Shown here piece by piece: positions 28,431 through 37,169 of a DNA stretch of 64,000 nt (positions are counted from its first letter, which is position 1; every line of letters begins with the position of its first letter). The notes beneath the pieces are model-generated. The model worked only from the letters and a program-made list of their open reading frames with translations, made no database searches and had not been told where the DNA came from. Source of the DNA: Enterobacteria phage vB_EcoM_IME341; the sequence record MH051917. The stretch is one strand, 5' to 3'. The position numbers were made by a program, and so were the translations under genes.

Positions 28431-29923
28431 AAATCCACCTGTTTCATTACGTAATTAAATTTCTCATCAGCATAACGTTGAATACGTTCTAAAGCGTGTT
28501 TGAGGGCGTAGTTCAAATGAACATATTTCTTTTTAGCCGTAGCTGATTTAGGCTTAACACCCATGTCGTCGATGATATCCCATACTTGTGCTGTTGATTT
28601 AGAAGCATGTTTACGGAGCACACGACCGATTGTCTGGAGTACAATGATTTTGGATTTTACTGGGTGAGCAAATACAACGTGGTGAAGGTTCTTAACGGAA
28701 ATACCAGTAGAGAACACACCATAACTTGCCACAACAATAATACCCTTACCATTTTCCGCCATTACTTTCAGAGCATTACGCGTTTCGGTATTAACTTCAC
28801 CTGATACGTAATAAACTTCTTTATGTTGCTCTTTAACCATTTCAAAAAGAGTTTTACCGTGTTCGATGTTTTTAAACATCAGGAATACGTTCTCTTCTTT
28901 CTTAGCGAGTTTAACAGCTAAATTAGCAACCCATTTATTACGACGAGTAGCCTTAGTAATGACTTTAATTTCTGATTGGTAATCTTTACCTTTCATCTTA
29001 ACAGTGAATTCGTCTGGGTATCGAAGGAAAATACTGTTGATTTTAAGGTCTGTAACCTGTCCTTCTTCCATTAACTGTGAGGTGGATACCGGCTTAAACA
29101 CATCACCAAACAAACCCATATATTGCATTAAATTAGCTTTACCATCTTTTAAAGAACCAGACAAACCAAATTTAAACATACAGTTGGTTAGGCCTTCGAT
29201 GATAGTAGAAATTGATTTACCTGTAGCCAAATGGCATTCATCGTTCATAAACATACCAAACTGAGCAAACCATTCTTTAGGTTGCTTGATAGCTGTTTGG
29301 TAAGTTGAAACATAAATCATTGCATCCGAATCACGGGCAGTACCTGAACGAATTCCAAGCATTGCGGCTTTAGGGAACAACCGATAATCGATGAAGTCAT
29401 TAATCATCTGGTCAACGAGTGCAGTAGTAGGAACTAAGATAAGAATTTTACCTTCATAGTTCTCAACGTAATATCGACTCAGGAGCGCCTGGATTAATGA
29501 TTTACCTGCGGATGTAGGTAAATTCAGAATTGCGCGACGTTTTGTCAGACCGTTGTATACGGCTTCATTCTGATACCAATGGGGCTCAATCTTGGTAGAC
29601 CCTGAATAAATTTCTTGAGAAGCCACCCATGAATCAAAATCTTCACGTGAAATATCTTCCTGTTCAAGAATACGTGGGTCAATCCACAGAGAGTATTCAA
29701 ATTGTTCAGCGAATTTTTTAATCTGCGGAACCAATCCATAAGGAAGTTTACGGTTATAATCCAGAAGACGAATACGACCATCCCATTGCCCATAACGAAA
29801 TTTAGGGTTGAATTTATATCCATCAGCTTCAAAGCTAAAATAGTCTCTGAGTTCGTAGAATGTGGATTCATCACACTCAATACGAACATGACTAAAATTA
29901 TCGAAATGTACTTGAATTTGCAT
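28427..29923 (-). CDS. uvsW: UvsW SF2 DNA helicase
   Basis: 498 aa; near-collinear with T4 UvsW (HFDNFSHVRIECDESTFYELRDYFSFEADGYKFNPKFRYGQWDGRIRLLDYNR; Walker A PTSAGKS; DECH box). Confidence 0.95.
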   Translation of the reverse strand: MQIQVHFDNFSHVRIECDESTFYELRDYFSFEADGYKFNPKFRYGQWDGRIRLLDYNRKLPYGLVPQIKKFAEQFEYSLWIDPRILEQEDISREDFDSWVASQEIYSGSTKIEPHWYQNEAVYNGLTKRRAILNLPTSAGKSLIQALLSRYYVENYEGKILILVPTTALVDQMINDFIDYRLFPKAAMLGIRSGTARDSDAMIYVSTYQTAIKQPKEWFAQFGMFMNDECHLATGKSISTIIEGLTNCMFKFGLSGSLKDGKANLMQYMGLFGDVFKPVSTSQLMEEGQVTDLKINSIFLRYPDEFTVKMKGKDYQSEIKVITKATRRNKWVANLAVKLAKKEENVFLMFKNIEHGKTLFEMVKEQHKEVYYVSGEVNTETRNALKVMAENGKGIIVVASYGVFSTGISVKNLHHVVFAHPVKSKIIVLQTIGRVLRKHASKSTAQVWDIIDDMGVKPKSATAKKKYVHLNYALKHALERIQRYADEKFNYVMKQVDL

Positions 29924-29937
29924 AAGTAATTCTCAGT

Positions 29938-29959
29938 TATAAATATAGTTATATTTATA
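29938..29959. promoter_or_regulatory. Divergent late promoters: TATAAATA (+) for inh/hoc and TATTTATA (= TATAAATA on the minus strand) for uvsW
   Basis: TATAAATA at 29938-29945 on the plus strand; TATTTATA at 29952-29959. Confidence 0.65.
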
Positions 29960-29973
29960 CACTAGAAAAGAGA

Positions 29974-30651
29974 ATGATTATGGACCACCAATATATTGAA
30001 GAGCTTCGTGCACTCGAAGATAAAAAAGAAGCTAAAGCTAAGTTAATCGAATACGGCGAACAGTTCGGTTTAAAACTTAAGAAAACCCGTTCGTTTGATA
30101 ATTTGATTATCGATATCACTGAAGGTCTTAAAGCCCTGGCCGACGAACCACTTCCAGAAACCGAAGGTTTGTCCATTTCTGATTTGATTGATGCTGCTGA
30201 CGAACTTACAGGTTCTAATGAATTTATTGATGGAGCCGAACCTGCTAAAGAAGAAGCAACCCTGTTGTTCGATGCCCCTGAGGCTGTAGTTGAAGTCGTT
30301 GAGGTAGTCGAACTTCCTAAGGTAGAGGTTATTGAAGAGGATGTTCCGTTTGACGAAGAGAAATTCAAAGAGGCTGTAGACAAGGTTGTTGAATTGGAAA
30401 AACCTGTATTCTCTTTACCTGAAAACTTCAGCCCTAATCTTTTGCTTATTGGTAAAAACCCTGGTTACTGTACTGTTCCTTGGTGGATTTATCAATGGAT
30501 TTCTGAGACTCCGGATTGGAAAGAACGTCCGACTGCTTTCCAACATCCTACTGCACACCAAACACTATTCAGCTTGATTTATTACATCAATCGTAATGGG
30601 TCTGTTCTAATACGAGAAACTCGTAACTCATCTTTTGTCACTTTAAAATAA
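29974..30651 (+). CDS. inh: Inh, inhibitor of the prohead protease
   Basis: 225 aa; position upstream of hoc; N-terminus MDHQYIEELRALEDKKEAKAKLIEYGEQFG consistent with T4 Inh. Confidence 0.7.
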   Translation: MIMDHQYIEELRALEDKKEAKAKLIEYGEQFGLKLKKTRSFDNLIIDITEGLKALADEPLPETEGLSISDLIDAADELTGSNEFIDGAEPAKEEATLLFDAPEAVVEVVEVVELPKVEVIEEDVPFDEEKFKEAVDKVVELEKPVFSLPENFSPNLLLIGKNPGYCTVPWWIYQWISETPDWKERPTAFQHPTAHQTLFSLIYYINRNGSVLIRETRNSSFVTLK

Positions 30652-30660
30652 GGGTTTATT

Positions 30661-32079
30661 ATGGCTTATACCGTAGCTATTGCTCCTTTGGCGGCTACGG
30701 CCGTTATTGGAGCAACAACCAATTTCACTGCAACCGGCTCTGGCGCTGCAGCTGAAGGTGTTGAATCATTTGTATGGACTGTTGATGGCGTTCCACAATC
30801 TTCTGTGACTGCAGCAATGGCTTATGTCGCTGTTGGTCCGGCAGGCAGTAAGACTATTAAAGTTGTTGCAACCACCACTCCGGCAGACGGTGAACCGGAA
30901 ACTGCTGAGGCTGAGACAACTTTAACTGTCCAGAATAAACCAATGCCTGCTATTACATTGACTTTGGACCCTACTTCGGTTTCTAAAGAAGTTGGCCAAT
31001 CTCAAGTTGTTACTGCTAACGTGACGGGCGCGCCTGCCGGTGCAACAATTGCTTATGTTTGGAAACGTAACACTAGTGTAATCTCTGGACAAACTGGTAA
31101 AACTATTACCGTAACCGAAGCGGCAGCAGCAAATTACACTTTAAACTGTGAAGTCACCGTTACTGCACCTGATTATACTTCAGCTACCGCTACTAAAGGT
31201 GCTGCGGTAACTTTTGTTAAGAAAACTATATCAGGTGTTTCTGTTACTTTAACGCCCGCCTCAATTAGTACAGAGAAAGACTCACCTGCACAGTTTAAAG
31301 CGGATGTAGTCGGCGCCCCTTCCGGTGTAAATGCAACTTATTCTTGGAAGAAAAACGGTTCTATTATTCCAGGCGAAAGCAGTAATATTCTTGCTGTTGA
31401 TACGTCTACAATAGGTTCTTACTCTATTGAAGTTTCGGTAGTCCTAACAGGTACGGATTATAATGATTTAACTGTTACCAAAACAGGAAGTGTAACAATT
31501 ACTAAAAAGACTATGGCGGGTGTTTCCGTTAATTTAACGCCTGCTTCTATTACTGTCTCTGAAGGAACCCCAGCTTCTTTTAAAGCCACAGTAGCCGGTG
31601 CGCCTAGTGGTGCTACTTTTGCCTATTCTTGGAAGAAAGACGGTTCACCTGTTGTGGGTACTACAGATACATTAGTAATTGACACAAGCGCCGAAGGTTC
31701 ACAGGTTATTGAAGTTTCTGCTGTTGTTTCGGCGACCGATTATAATCCAGTGACAGTCAAAAAAACAGGTAATGTAACAATTACGGCTAAAGTAGCTCCT
31801 GAACCAGAGGGCGAACTACCTTACGTTCATCCGCTACCAGTTCGTAATTCAGCTTATATTTGGTGTGGTTGGTGGGTTATGGATGAAATCCAGAAAATGA
31901 CTCTTGAAGGCAAAGACTGGAAAACTGACGAACCTGATAGTGAATATTATCTCCATCGTTATACCCTTCAAAAAATGGTAGCCGATTATCCTGAGGTTGA
32001 TTTACAGGAATCTCGTAATGGTAGAATTATTCACAGAACCGCTTTGGATGCTGGAATTATTTACGATTACGTTTATTAA
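30661..32079 (+). CDS. hoc: Hoc, outer capsid decoration protein with tandem Ig-like domains
   Basis: 472 aa; T4 Hoc-like N-terminus and highly similar C-terminal capsid-binding region (AKVAPEPEGELPYVHPLP.R.SAYIWCGWWVMDEIQKMT.EGKDWKTD); about four Ig-like repeats versus three remembered for T4 (376 aa). Confidence 0.92.
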   Translation: MAYTVAIAPLAATAVIGATTNFTATGSGAAAEGVESFVWTVDGVPQSSVTAAMAYVAVGPAGSKTIKVVATTTPADGEPETAEAETTLTVQNKPMPAITLTLDPTSVSKEVGQSQVVTANVTGAPAGATIAYVWKRNTSVISGQTGKTITVTEAAAANYTLNCEVTVTAPDYTSATATKGAAVTFVKKTISGVSVTLTPASISTEKDSPAQFKADVVGAPSGVNATYSWKKNGSIIPGESSNILAVDTSTIGSYSIEVSVVLTGTDYNDLTVTKTGSVTITKKTMAGVSVNLTPASITVSEGTPASFKATVAGAPSGATFAYSWKKDGSPVVGTTDTLVIDTSAEGSQVIEVSAVVSATDYNPVTVKKTGNVTITAKVAPEPEGELPYVHPLPVRNSAYIWCGWWVMDEIQKMTLEGKDWKTDEPDSEYYLHRYTLQKMVADYPEVDLQESRNGRIIHRTALDAGIIYDYVY

Positions 32080-32083
32080 TAAA

Positions 32084-32108
32084 GGGCCTTGCGGCCCTTA
32101 TTTAGTTT
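32084..32108 (+). terminator. Rho-independent terminator after hoc
   Basis: GGGCC-TTGC-GGCCC hairpin followed by TTATTTAGTTT; the same hairpin sequence recurs at 58281. Confidence 0.7.
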
Positions 32109-32161
32109 ATGATATTTTAGGAGATTAAGTTATTGACGAATAATTTTTAATAGGTGAATAT

Positions 32162-32341
32162 ATGAAATTTAACAAATATATATGGGTGTTGATTTTCTTT
32201 ATAGTGCTATTTTTGTTTTCGTTAATTTCATTAACTAGTGTGATGTTTGCTTCTATATTGGCTCTTTTCACCTGCATTAGTTCCTTTTTTGGGATAATAG
32301 CTACTATAGATAAAATTTTACGTACCAAAAAGGGCCCTTAG
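32162..32341 (+). CDS. Small membrane protein (59 aa, two predicted transmembrane segments), not in the ORF track
   Basis: AGGTGA Shine-Dalgarno before ATG; MKFNKYIWVLIFFIVLFLFSLISLTSVMFASILALFTCISSFFGIIATIDKILRTKKGP; flanked by GC hairpins on both sides. Confidence 0.45.
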   Translation: MKFNKYIWVLIFFIVLFLFSLISLTSVMFASILALFTCISSFFGIIATIDKILRTKKGP

Positions 32342-32346
32342 GCCCT
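32332..32346. other. GC hairpin after the small membrane-peptide ORF
   Basis: GGGCCC-TTA-GGCCC with an A-run on the 5' side; its orientation suggests termination of antisense transcription or a stability element. Confidence 0.4.
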
Positions 32347-32441
32347 TCCCTAAAAGCTTGCTTTATAATTCACGCCCATAACTTTGAGAAGAACCCAGCA
32401 TAGTGAGCCTAAGGTGCTACTTGTCCTACCATGAATCTCCT

Positions 32442-32472
32442 GTTTACAAGTTAAAATTCTCATGTTACTATT
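32442..32472 (+). promoter_or_regulatory. Early promoter-like element
   Basis: GTTTAC-N19-TACTAT upstream of ORF 32500. Confidence 0.5.
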
Positions 32473-32499
32473 GAATAGTCAAATCACAAGAGAATTGTT

Positions 32500-32712
32500 A
32501 TGGATAAGATTAAAGTACATTTTTTACATGAATCAGGTATGAATTTTATTGATATTGCTAAAAAGATTGGCGGAACTGCCAGAGATATGGCTAAAGCTTG
32601 GGCCGAAGTTGAGAATGCTAAGGCCAAGTTTAAAGCAAGAGAGAAAGTCGTATATCGTAAAAGATTAAACAACAAAAAGGTCAGCGCAAAGCGCGTTTTT
32701 GGTCCAAAGTAA
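32500..32712 (+). CDS. Small basic protein with a possible helix-turn-helix
   Basis: 70 aa; early-type promoter upstream (GTTTAC at about 32442); the segment GMNFIDIAKKIGGTARDMAKAW has an HTH-like pattern; lysine/arginine-rich C-terminus. Confidence 0.5.
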   Translation: MDKIKVHFLHESGMNFIDIAKKIGGTARDMAKAWAEVENAKAKFKAREKVVYRKRLNNKKVSAKRVFGPK

Positions 32713-32826
32713 TATGCTTTAAATTTAGGTGTGTTATAATGGGTCTAGGTCCTTCCGTTAAACCATTTGGCTTGGTGACAGAAGAATACTAGCTCTTCTA
32801 TTTAATTATATTTATTATGGTGATTT

Positions 32827-33195
32827 ATGCCGCTTCTTAAAAAGAGAAATGGTGCCACCCGTCAGGTCTTCCTGACGAAACGATACGCCATCAAAATACC
32901 CAGTTTCTATAGTTGGAAATTGTTTTTAACTGGATTATGTTGTAATATAACAGAACATGAGTTTACATCTTTGAATGACTCGTATTTGTGCCCTGTTATA
33001 TGGAAATCTTGGTTAGGACTCGTTATAGTTATGCCAAGAGCTAAAGAAGTTACTAATATCGGGTTGTGGAAAACAGAAATACACCATGCTAGGCACCACA
33101 CTCTGGTAGAAAGCCTGTATATGTCTGATTGCAAGCCTTCAAATTATGGTTACCTTAAAGGTAAATTGGTTAAAATTGATTATGGAAGCAAATAA
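32827..33195 (+). CDS. Hypothetical protein with protein-kinase-like motifs (truncated kinase-like fold)
   Basis: 122 aa; YAIK (beta-3 lysine-like), DCKPSN (catalytic-loop-like D-x-K-P-x-N) and KIDYG (DFG-like) in kinase order; stop abuts the rnlB start. Confidence 0.5.
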   Translation: MPLLKKRNGATRQVFLTKRYAIKIPSFYSWKLFLTGLCCNITEHEFTSLNDSYLCPVIWKSWLGLVIVMPRAKEVTNIGLWKTEIHHARHHTLVESLYMSDCKPSNYGYLKGKLVKIDYGSK

Positions 33196-33196
33196 T

Positions 33197-34204
33197 ATGT
33201 TCAAGAAATATAGCAGTCTCGAAAACCATTACAACAGTAAGTTTATCGAAAAACTCCGTACTAATGGTTTGACTGGTGGTGAATGGGTAGCACGTGAGAA
33301 GATTCATGGGACCAACTTTAGTTTAATCATAGAACGTGACGCAGTCACATGCGCCAAGCGCACTGGCCCTATCCTCCCTGCTGAAGATTTCTATGGCTAT
33401 GAAATTGTACTCAAGAACTATGCTGATTCTATTAAATCTGTTCAACATCTAATTGAATCGATTAATTACCAGTCGTACCAGATTTATGGTGAATTCGCTG
33501 GGCCAGGTATCCAGAAGAATGTGGACTACGGTGATAAAGACTTTTATGTGTTCGATATCCGAGTTACTAAGGAAGATGGTTCAGAATCTGTTCTAACCGA
33601 TACATTGATGGAAGCCTTCTGTATTATCCATAAGTTTAAGGTAGCTCCATGTCTGGCTACAGGTAGCTTTGAAGACCTTATTAAATTACCTAATGACTTT
33701 GATTCAGTTATTCCTGATTATAATTTTGCGGTGGATAACGCTGGCCTAACTATTGCAAACTCGACAGACTTTATTCCTAAGGTAGAAGGTAAAGTATTCA
33801 CGGCTGAAGGCTTTGTACTTAAACCTGATATTCCTACCTGGCTTCCAAACGGAAATCGTGTAGCGATTAAATGTAAGAACTCTAAATTCAGCGAGAAGAA
33901 AAAGTCTGATAAGCCTATTAAGGCTGCGGTAGTTTTATCCCAAGATGATATGGATTTGCTGTGGCAATTCACTGATTATGTGACAGTTAACCGTATCAAT
34001 AACGTTATTAGTAAGATTGGCGAAGTATCACCTAAAGATTTTGGAAAGGTAATGGGCTTGACGGTCCAAGATATCCTTGAAGAAGCTGCCCGTGAAGAAT
34101 TGGAATTAACTGACGCTGAAAATCCTGTTGAAGTTAAAAAGCAGCTCATTGAGTGCGTAAAAGAAACATTAAGACATGTTTGGATTGAACTAGTATCCAA
34201 ATAA
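33197..34204 (+). CDS. rnlB: RNA ligase 2 (RnlB)
   Basis: From the internal Met [20 protein letters not shown]...: near-identical to T4 Rnl2 ([15 protein letters not shown] lysine-adenylation motif, [23 protein letters not shown]). Confidence 0.95.
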   Translation: MFKKYSSLENHYNSKFIEKLRTNGLTGGEWVAREKIHGTNFSLIIERDAVTCAKRTGPILPAEDFYGYEIVLKNYADSIKSVQHLIESINYQSYQIYGEFAGPGIQKNVDYGDKDFYVFDIRVTKEDGSESVLTDTLMEAFCIIHKFKVAPCLATGSFEDLIKLPNDFDSVIPDYNFAVDNAGLTIANSTDFIPKVEGKVFTAEGFVLKPDIPTWLPNGNRVAIKCKNSKFSEKKKSDKPIKAAVVLSQDDMDLLWQFTDYVTVNRINNVISKIGEVSPKDFGKVMGLTVQDILEEAAREELELTDAENPVEVKKQLIECVKETLRHVWIELVSK

Positions 34205-34212
34205 ATGATAAA

Positions 34213-34235
34213 GGGACCGTAAGGTCCCTTTTTTT
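34213..34235. terminator. Bidirectional terminator between convergent rnlB and the gene 24 paralogue
   Basis: GGGACC-GTAA-GGTCCC hairpin flanked by an A-run and TTTTTTT. Confidence 0.8.
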
Positions 34236-35517
34236 AGTTTTTATCCAATGGAGGAAGTTTAACACCAAGATAAGAACTCAATTGACTTTGATTAGCCATT
34301 TTGTCCATATCCGCACCGTCAATAATACGAGCTTCTTTGTCGTCTTTAGCGACGGTATAAGGATTCGCAGTCAATGCATACCGAGCCAATAAAGATATGG
34401 TAGGTTGCAATGAATCTGGGTCTACAATAACCTTGAATTCACCTACTGAAGTATCACCTTCATCATCAACTTCTTCGAGCCCTTCCGTATAAGGCGCATA
34501 ATACAAAGATGCGACCGTCTGCCCTTCACCCATCTGAGCATTTACACCGACAATAACATAATCACACGGACTATTCATATCAGCATAAAGTGGTAGACCG
34601 TTCTTTAATATGCCATAAGCTAATTCGTCTTGGTCTTCTTTTTTCTCAACCCAACCGGATGCAGCTAAAATAGCGGCGCAACGAGAAGAAGCTACTGCAT
34701 AAGTACCTGCAAACGAAGTCTGGCGTTGAACAGCAGAATTCATTTCACACATATAGTAATACAAGGTACGCGCTCGGTCTTGGGCGTTATCATATTGTGG
34801 GTCTGTTAAGTTCAAGACGCCTTTCTCGGAAACTCCTTGGACTTTAAAACGAGAACTTACCGTAATTAAGGACTGTAATACGTCTTTATTAATTTCTTCG
34901 GCCATTTGAATAGCCAAAATATTGTCTATAAAGTCTGGTGCATTAAACCCGTTGGATTCTAAATCCTGGGCCAGTTCTACAGTCAAAGAAGTTTTAAGTT
35001 TACGCGATTTAACTTCAGTCTGCCACTTATCAATACGGAATCCTGCTTCAGCAATCTCAGGATGGCCTTTTTCAAATTTATTGGTAAAGGCTGCATCAGA
35101 CATCATACGAATATGGCCTGCTGCAATAGCTTCTGAAATAACTTCACCCAAATCGGTTTCAGTTGTTCCTGCAAACGGAGAAGCTTCTAATACCTTGAAA
35201 ACCACACTTTCGAATTGGAACATATCACCAACAGCATATGCTTCGTCTTTATCGGTGAATTCAGGAATGTTTTTACGTTCGAACATACCAATTTCGCCTG
35301 CAAAAGTGGCTCCGCCGAGATAAGTCATTTTATCGTCTGGGTTTAAAACACGGACACCATATAATGCTGCAACAGGTTGAGTAGTTTTTTGTTCAGCAAC
35401 AAGGGCTTTAAAAATTCTTTTATTAGTTGCCTGGGTATATGAAAGAAGATTAGGACGGGCGACCTGGTTGGCCGCCGTCAAAGTTGATTCTTGTATTAAT
35501 GCATTAATCTTTTTCAT
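34234..35517 (-). CDS. Capsid vertex protein paralogue (gp24-like, second copy)
   Basis: 427 aa; roughly 50% identical by eye to the adjacent gp24 (e.g. ...RPNL...AT.K.I....AEQ.T.QP.AALYGV..L.PD...); starts one codon after the gp24 stop (TAAATG). Confidence 0.85.
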   Translation of the reverse strand: MKKINALIQESTLTAANQVARPNLLSYTQATNKRIFKALVAEQKTTQPVAALYGVRVLNPDDKMTYLGGATFAGEIGMFERKNIPEFTDKDEAYAVGDMFQFESVVFKVLEASPFAGTTETDLGEVISEAIAAGHIRMMSDAAFTNKFEKGHPEIAEAGFRIDKWQTEVKSRKLKTSLTVELAQDLESNGFNAPDFIDNILAIQMAEEINKDVLQSLITVSSRFKVQGVSEKGVLNLTDPQYDNAQDRARTLYYYMCEMNSAVQRQTSFAGTYAVASSRCAAILAASGWVEKKEDQDELAYGILKNGLPLYADMNSPCDYVIVGVNAQMGEGQTVASLYYAPYTEGLEEVDDEGDTSVGEFKVIVDPDSLQPTISLLARYALTANPYTVAKDDKEARIIDGADMDKMANQSQLSSYLGVKLPPLDKN

Positions 35518-36798
35518 TTATGCCTCGTAAATAATTGGAGGAAGTTTAACACCAAGCAGATAAGACATATTACTCTGCCCTGCCATTAAATCCATATTAG
35601 TTGCGTCTATAACACGAGCTTCTTTATCATCTTTAGCAACGGTATACGGGTTTGCTGAAAGTGCATAACGAACCATCAGAGAAATAGCCGGTTGCAAACT
35701 ATCAGGGTCTACAATAACTTTATAGGCACCAACATGTTCTTGGTCGTCTAAATCCAGACCTTCGGTATACGGAGCATAGAAAATAGAACCAACTACTTCA
35801 TTACCGCCGTAATCTTCTTTAACGCCTACGATAACATAATCTAAAGGACTATTAACATCACAGAATACAGGCAATCCATTAATCAAATAACCGTAAGCAG
35901 TTTCTGGGAGCCAAGCTTCATCTTCTGGTTTATGTTTCAACCAACCTGAACCTGCAAGCATTGCGGCTACACGACTAGATGCGACAACAAACGTACCTGA
36001 ATAAGAAGTGGTTTTCTGAATTTCAGAATTCATCTCACAAACCATTTCATATAATTTACGTGCACTTTCTGGAGCGGAATTATAGGACAAATCAATAATA
36101 CCGTTATCAGATACACCAGTTACTTTGTAACGTTTAGATACGGTAATCAAGGATTGTAATACGTCTTTATTGATTTCATCAGCCATTACAGTGGCTAAAA
36201 GGTCTTCTAAGAACGCAGGGGCGTCGAAGCCATTAGATTCCATGTCTTGGGCTAGTTCTACAGTCAAAGCGGTTTTAAGCTTACGGGACTTAACAGGGGC
36301 GTTCCATTTATTAACCTGGAATACTGCATTGCTAATTTCAACATCACCTGCTTCGAATTTTTCTGTGTGGGCCGCATCAGGAACAAGACGACAAGTTAAT
36401 GACACCAAACCTTCTTGAAGGGCATCAGCCAATTCTGTAGCGCTAGTGGATGCGAGTGGGCTTGCTTGAAGAGCCTTATAAACCACATTCTGATACTTGA
36501 AATATTCACCCTCGGCAATCGCCTGGGCCTTATCTGTGAGTTCCGGGATAGTTTCACGGTCTTTAGAACCAACTTCACCGCCATAAACGGCACCAGTTTG
36601 GAAGCTGAATTCATTATCAGGGGTAAGATATTTGACACCATACAATGCAGCAATAGGCTGGCTAGTACGTTGTTCAGCAATAATATCACGGTAAATCAAT
36701 TTGGTTGTAGCACGGGTCAAAGCAACAAGATTAGGGCGACCCAATGAGTTGCTAGAAGTAGTTGTTGACTCGCGCAGTAATTCGTTAATCTTTGCCAT
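35518..36798 (-). CDS. 24: Capsid vertex protein gp24
   Basis: 426 aa; near-identical to T4 gp24 (MAKINELLRESTTT.SNS.GRPNLVALTRATTKLIY.DI.A.QRT.QP...); late promoter TATAAATA about 29 nt upstream. Confidence 0.95.
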   Translation of the reverse strand: MAKINELLRESTTTSSNSLGRPNLVALTRATTKLIYRDIIAEQRTSQPIAALYGVKYLTPDNEFSFQTGAVYGGEVGSKDRETIPELTDKAQAIAEGEYFKYQNVVYKALQASPLASTSATELADALQEGLVSLTCRLVPDAAHTEKFEAGDVEISNAVFQVNKWNAPVKSRKLKTALTVELAQDMESNGFDAPAFLEDLLATVMADEINKDVLQSLITVSKRYKVTGVSDNGIIDLSYNSAPESARKLYEMVCEMNSEIQKTTSYSGTFVVASSRVAAMLAGSGWLKHKPEDEAWLPETAYGYLINGLPVFCDVNSPLDYVIVGVKEDYGGNEVVGSIFYAPYTEGLDLDDQEHVGAYKVIVDPDSLQPAISLMVRYALSANPYTVAKDDKEARVIDATNMDLMAGQSNMSYLLGVKLPPIIYEA

Positions 36799-36826
36799 TG
36801 CGCTTTCCTTATTGAGGGTATATGTT

Positions 36827-36834
36827 TATTTATA
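36827..36834 (-). promoter_or_regulatory. Late promoter for gene 24
   Basis: TATAAATA on the minus strand, about 29 nt upstream of the gp24 ATG. Confidence 0.65.
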
Positions 36835-36840
36835 AAAGTT

Positions 36841-36870
36841 GTTTACAGCAAGGTTATCACATGTTACTAT
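36841..36870 (+). promoter_or_regulatory. Early promoter-like element for ORF 36900 and the Seg-like gene
   Basis: GTTTAC-N18-TACTAT followed by a CATGAGGAG leader. Confidence 0.5.
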
Positions 36871-36899
36871 AGACCTATCAAAACATGAGGAGATTAAAA

Positions 36900-37166
36900 A
36901 TGAACAAGTTAAACTTTATTCGTACTACTCTTTCCGCTCTTGATAAAGACATCAAAGCCCTGGTAGAAAAATATGGTTCCAATCCTAACGGTAATGCAGT
37001 GAATGCACTAGTTAAGAAATACGAAGCCATGGCTTATGCTACCGACTTCTGGTGGAACGGTGAATACTCTACCCATACCAAAGACAAATCTGGTAACTGG
37101 CTGAAAATCCAAGAAAATCGTATTGACTTCCGTGATATCATCAACCGTCGTGTCAAAGCAGCGTAA
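36900..37166 (+). CDS. Hypothetical protein
   Basis: Start at the ATG behind GAGGAG (track ORF begins at 36885); 88 aa; early-type promoter at about 36841-36870. Confidence 0.5.
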   Translation: MNKLNFIRTTLSALDKDIKALVEKYGSNPNGNAVNALVKKYEAMAYATDFWWNGEYSTHTKDKSGNWLKIQENRIDFRDIINRRVKAA

Positions 37167-37169
37167 AAT

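Noticed and set aside
32125-32328. 67-aa minus-strand ORF from the track
   Set aside because: Starts with TTG and has no Shine-Dalgarno; the overlapping plus-strand 59-aa ORF has ATG, a Shine-Dalgarno and a membrane-protein-like sequence, and matches the local transcription direction.
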